A stretch of 63,948 nucleotides of DNA, the filler included, from Craspedostauros australis (taxonomy: Eukaryota): the NCBI GenBank assembly GCA_030167865.1. It is 13 parts of 13 records of this genome, joined end to end, with 100 filler letters (N's around TTAATTAATTAA, not from the genome) between each part and the next. Parts side by side here need not be neighbours in the genome. Positions count along the whole stretch, not along the records: positions 62,022 to 63,948 come from JALAGF010000421.1; 12 more parts are not named here. One strand, given 5' to 3'. Numbering within the stretch: the first letter of the stretch is position 1; every line of letters begins with the position of its first letter. This document shows, piece by piece, positions 62,023 to 63,948 of this stretch. Position numbers and translations under genes: made by a program. The notes below the pieces were generated by a model. That model made no database searches. It was not told where the DNA came from and worked only from the letters and a program-made list of their open reading frames with translations.

Positions 62023-63948
62023 GAAACTACCGAAGGCGATGTCGCCTTCATGGCTGTGTTGGGATGCGAGAGCAACATCTACGAGGGAGGAGACCCTCGT
62101 AAGGCATGGAAGGCTCTCGAGCGCATCTACGAGCAACGCACTGCGCCAATGAAGGCAAAGTTGTTGGCTCAACTCAACGGGATGCGAATGAAGAAAGGCG
62201 AACCTCCGGATACCTTCCTCACCGAAATGGAGGTGATCCGTAACCGCCTCAAGCACGCGGGAGTTAACATGGACATGGAGCAATACCACATGCTCGTGCT
62301 CAACGCTCTCGGGAGGGACTATGAAATGGATGTGAAGCTCATCGAGCTCAAGTTCGAGAACGTCGAAAAGCAGATGACTATCGAAGACATCCGCGAAGCA
62401 GTGAGTGCAACCTACGACGCACGTCACATCAAGCAAGGAGGTAGTAAGCGCGAGAACAATAGCAAGGAAGAAATGGCACTCGCCACCACTGGTGGCTTCA
62501 AGGGCCACTGCCGCAACTGTGGAGCCTACGGGCACAAGAAGGCAGACTGCCGGTCTGCGCCTAAGAACAAAGGTGGCAAGCCCCCGAAGAAGAACAAGAG
62601 AAGTGATACTGAGGACAAGACTAAGTTCAACAGAAACTGCAAGTACTGCGGTAAGAAGGGACACAAGATCCTCGAGTGCTTCAAGTTGAAGGCAGCGATG
62701 AGAGCAGCCGATGCCGCCAACGTGGCCACCAACGGTATGGAAGGAACAGATGACGTCGCCCTCGTGATGGTCGAGGAACCGATGTGGCTACCCGAAGACA
62801 CTGCGGCAGACAACGCTGCGTTCGTCGTGGTAGATGAATCCATGTGGATGCCCGCTAACGACGAAGAAGACGAAATTGATCTCGTGATGACCGATGAATC
62901 AATGTGGTTACCTGACGAAGACAAGTCGGTCAACAACGAAGAATTGGTGTGTTTCCCCACCGACGAGCTCGAAATCGACCCCGTTGAGGTAAAAAATGTG
63001 ACCAACCCAAGAATCGTGACAATCGACGAAATCACGAACATCAAGAAAAACCAAACAATCAACACCACCGACATGGCGCACTACGAGTCGTTCATCAACG
63101 ACATGGCCCTCGCAACCACCGACGAGGACATGAATGGACTCGACCTCAAAGAAGAGGACGAGTACTCTGAAGAGGAACGAGAGGCCCACACCCCAAGTGT
63201 GTACGGATACTACGGACCCCCAGTTGCTGCAGTTGAGACCATCAACCGCGAGCACTTCCCATCAAGCGATGAAGACGATTACACCGACGAAGACAATCTC
63301 TTCGACGGGATCGTCTACGAGGATGAACCCCTCAACGTCGGAGACATCATGGAGAACGAAGTAGCGATGCCTGGAGTCGACCATCGCGTCACCTCCACCA
63401 TCTACTCTCGAACCGAACCAAGGACTCTGGTTGATCGAATGATCGAAGAGTCGTCCCGCAACGGAGGGAGCACCGCAGGATGGTGCCCGCTGTGCTTTCA
63501 GCGCGGCCCACTCTACGCCATGTGCAAGACCTGCCGTAACTCGCCGTTCCTCATCCAACTGGCAAACCCCCCTGCAAGGGCGGCGCCAACAACGATCCAA
63601 GACATCATGACGCGCCGCCAGAAGCTCTGGACTGCAGGACCTCTGCATGTCGCAATGAGATACTCTCTCAGCAACATGATGGTTGCTGATGAAGTGCGCT
63701 CTGAGCTTGCCCTACTGTGCTGCAACGCGGCGCACGCGTACATCGAAGGAGGAGGAGAAAGCCTGAACCCTCGCACGCTCTACTACATGATGCACCGCAT
63801 CGACGTGTACACGCCAATGCAACTGGTGCAAGCCGTGCAACACATTAACGCAAGGCTTGAAGAACTCAACCTGCCTCCCATCCACAGAGGGCTCATCGAC
63901 AGCCTGGTTCAGCATGCCGCAGAGATGCTGATGTGGATGCATCATCCA
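62023..63948 (+). mobile_element. Copia-type Gag ORF open at both ends (642 codons, absent from the ORF track): capsid-like region, two CCHC knuckles, long extension
   Basis: GDPRKAWKALERIY...PDTFLTEME; CRNCGAYGHKKADC (62509-62550); CKYCGKKGHKILEC (62638-62679); no stop to the window end. Confidence 0.85.

Overview
Eukaryotic nuclear DNA, very probably from a diatom (inferred from GT-AG introns, a signal peptide plus 'AHA|F' plastid-targeting motif on a fibrillin, and copia elements resembling diatom CoDi). The window is not one locus. It is 13 contigs joined by 12 artificial 100-nt linkers (N run + TTAATTAATTAA + N run), so adjacency across linkers means nothing. Host genes: UPF2 (2 exons), a 6-TM voltage-gated-type channel with a non-canonical TGQG pore and an EF-hand (2 exons), a type-II P-type cation ATPase (2 exons), eEF2 (ATG-only first exon), IPI1/TEX10, a PAP/fibrillin, a beta-propeller fragment and several orphan ORFs. 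Much of the rest is transposable-element sequence: two near-identical piggyBac-like right ends flanked by ATAG/ATAA instead of TTAA, several Ty1/copia gag/pol fragments, nested LTRs (one copy shows CpG decay), a tyrosine-recombinase element and two satellites. Best leads: (i) a copia Gag ORF missed by the ORF track that continues >420 aa past its zinc knuckles with repeats, a C4 zinc ribbon and an unknown domain; (ii) a gag-TGA-ATG-pol junction encoding a hydrophobic segment; (iii) a retrotransposon leader built from repeated hairpin modules; (iv) the non-TTAA piggyBac ends; (v) the TGQG channel. All assignments come from motif recognition; no database searches were run.
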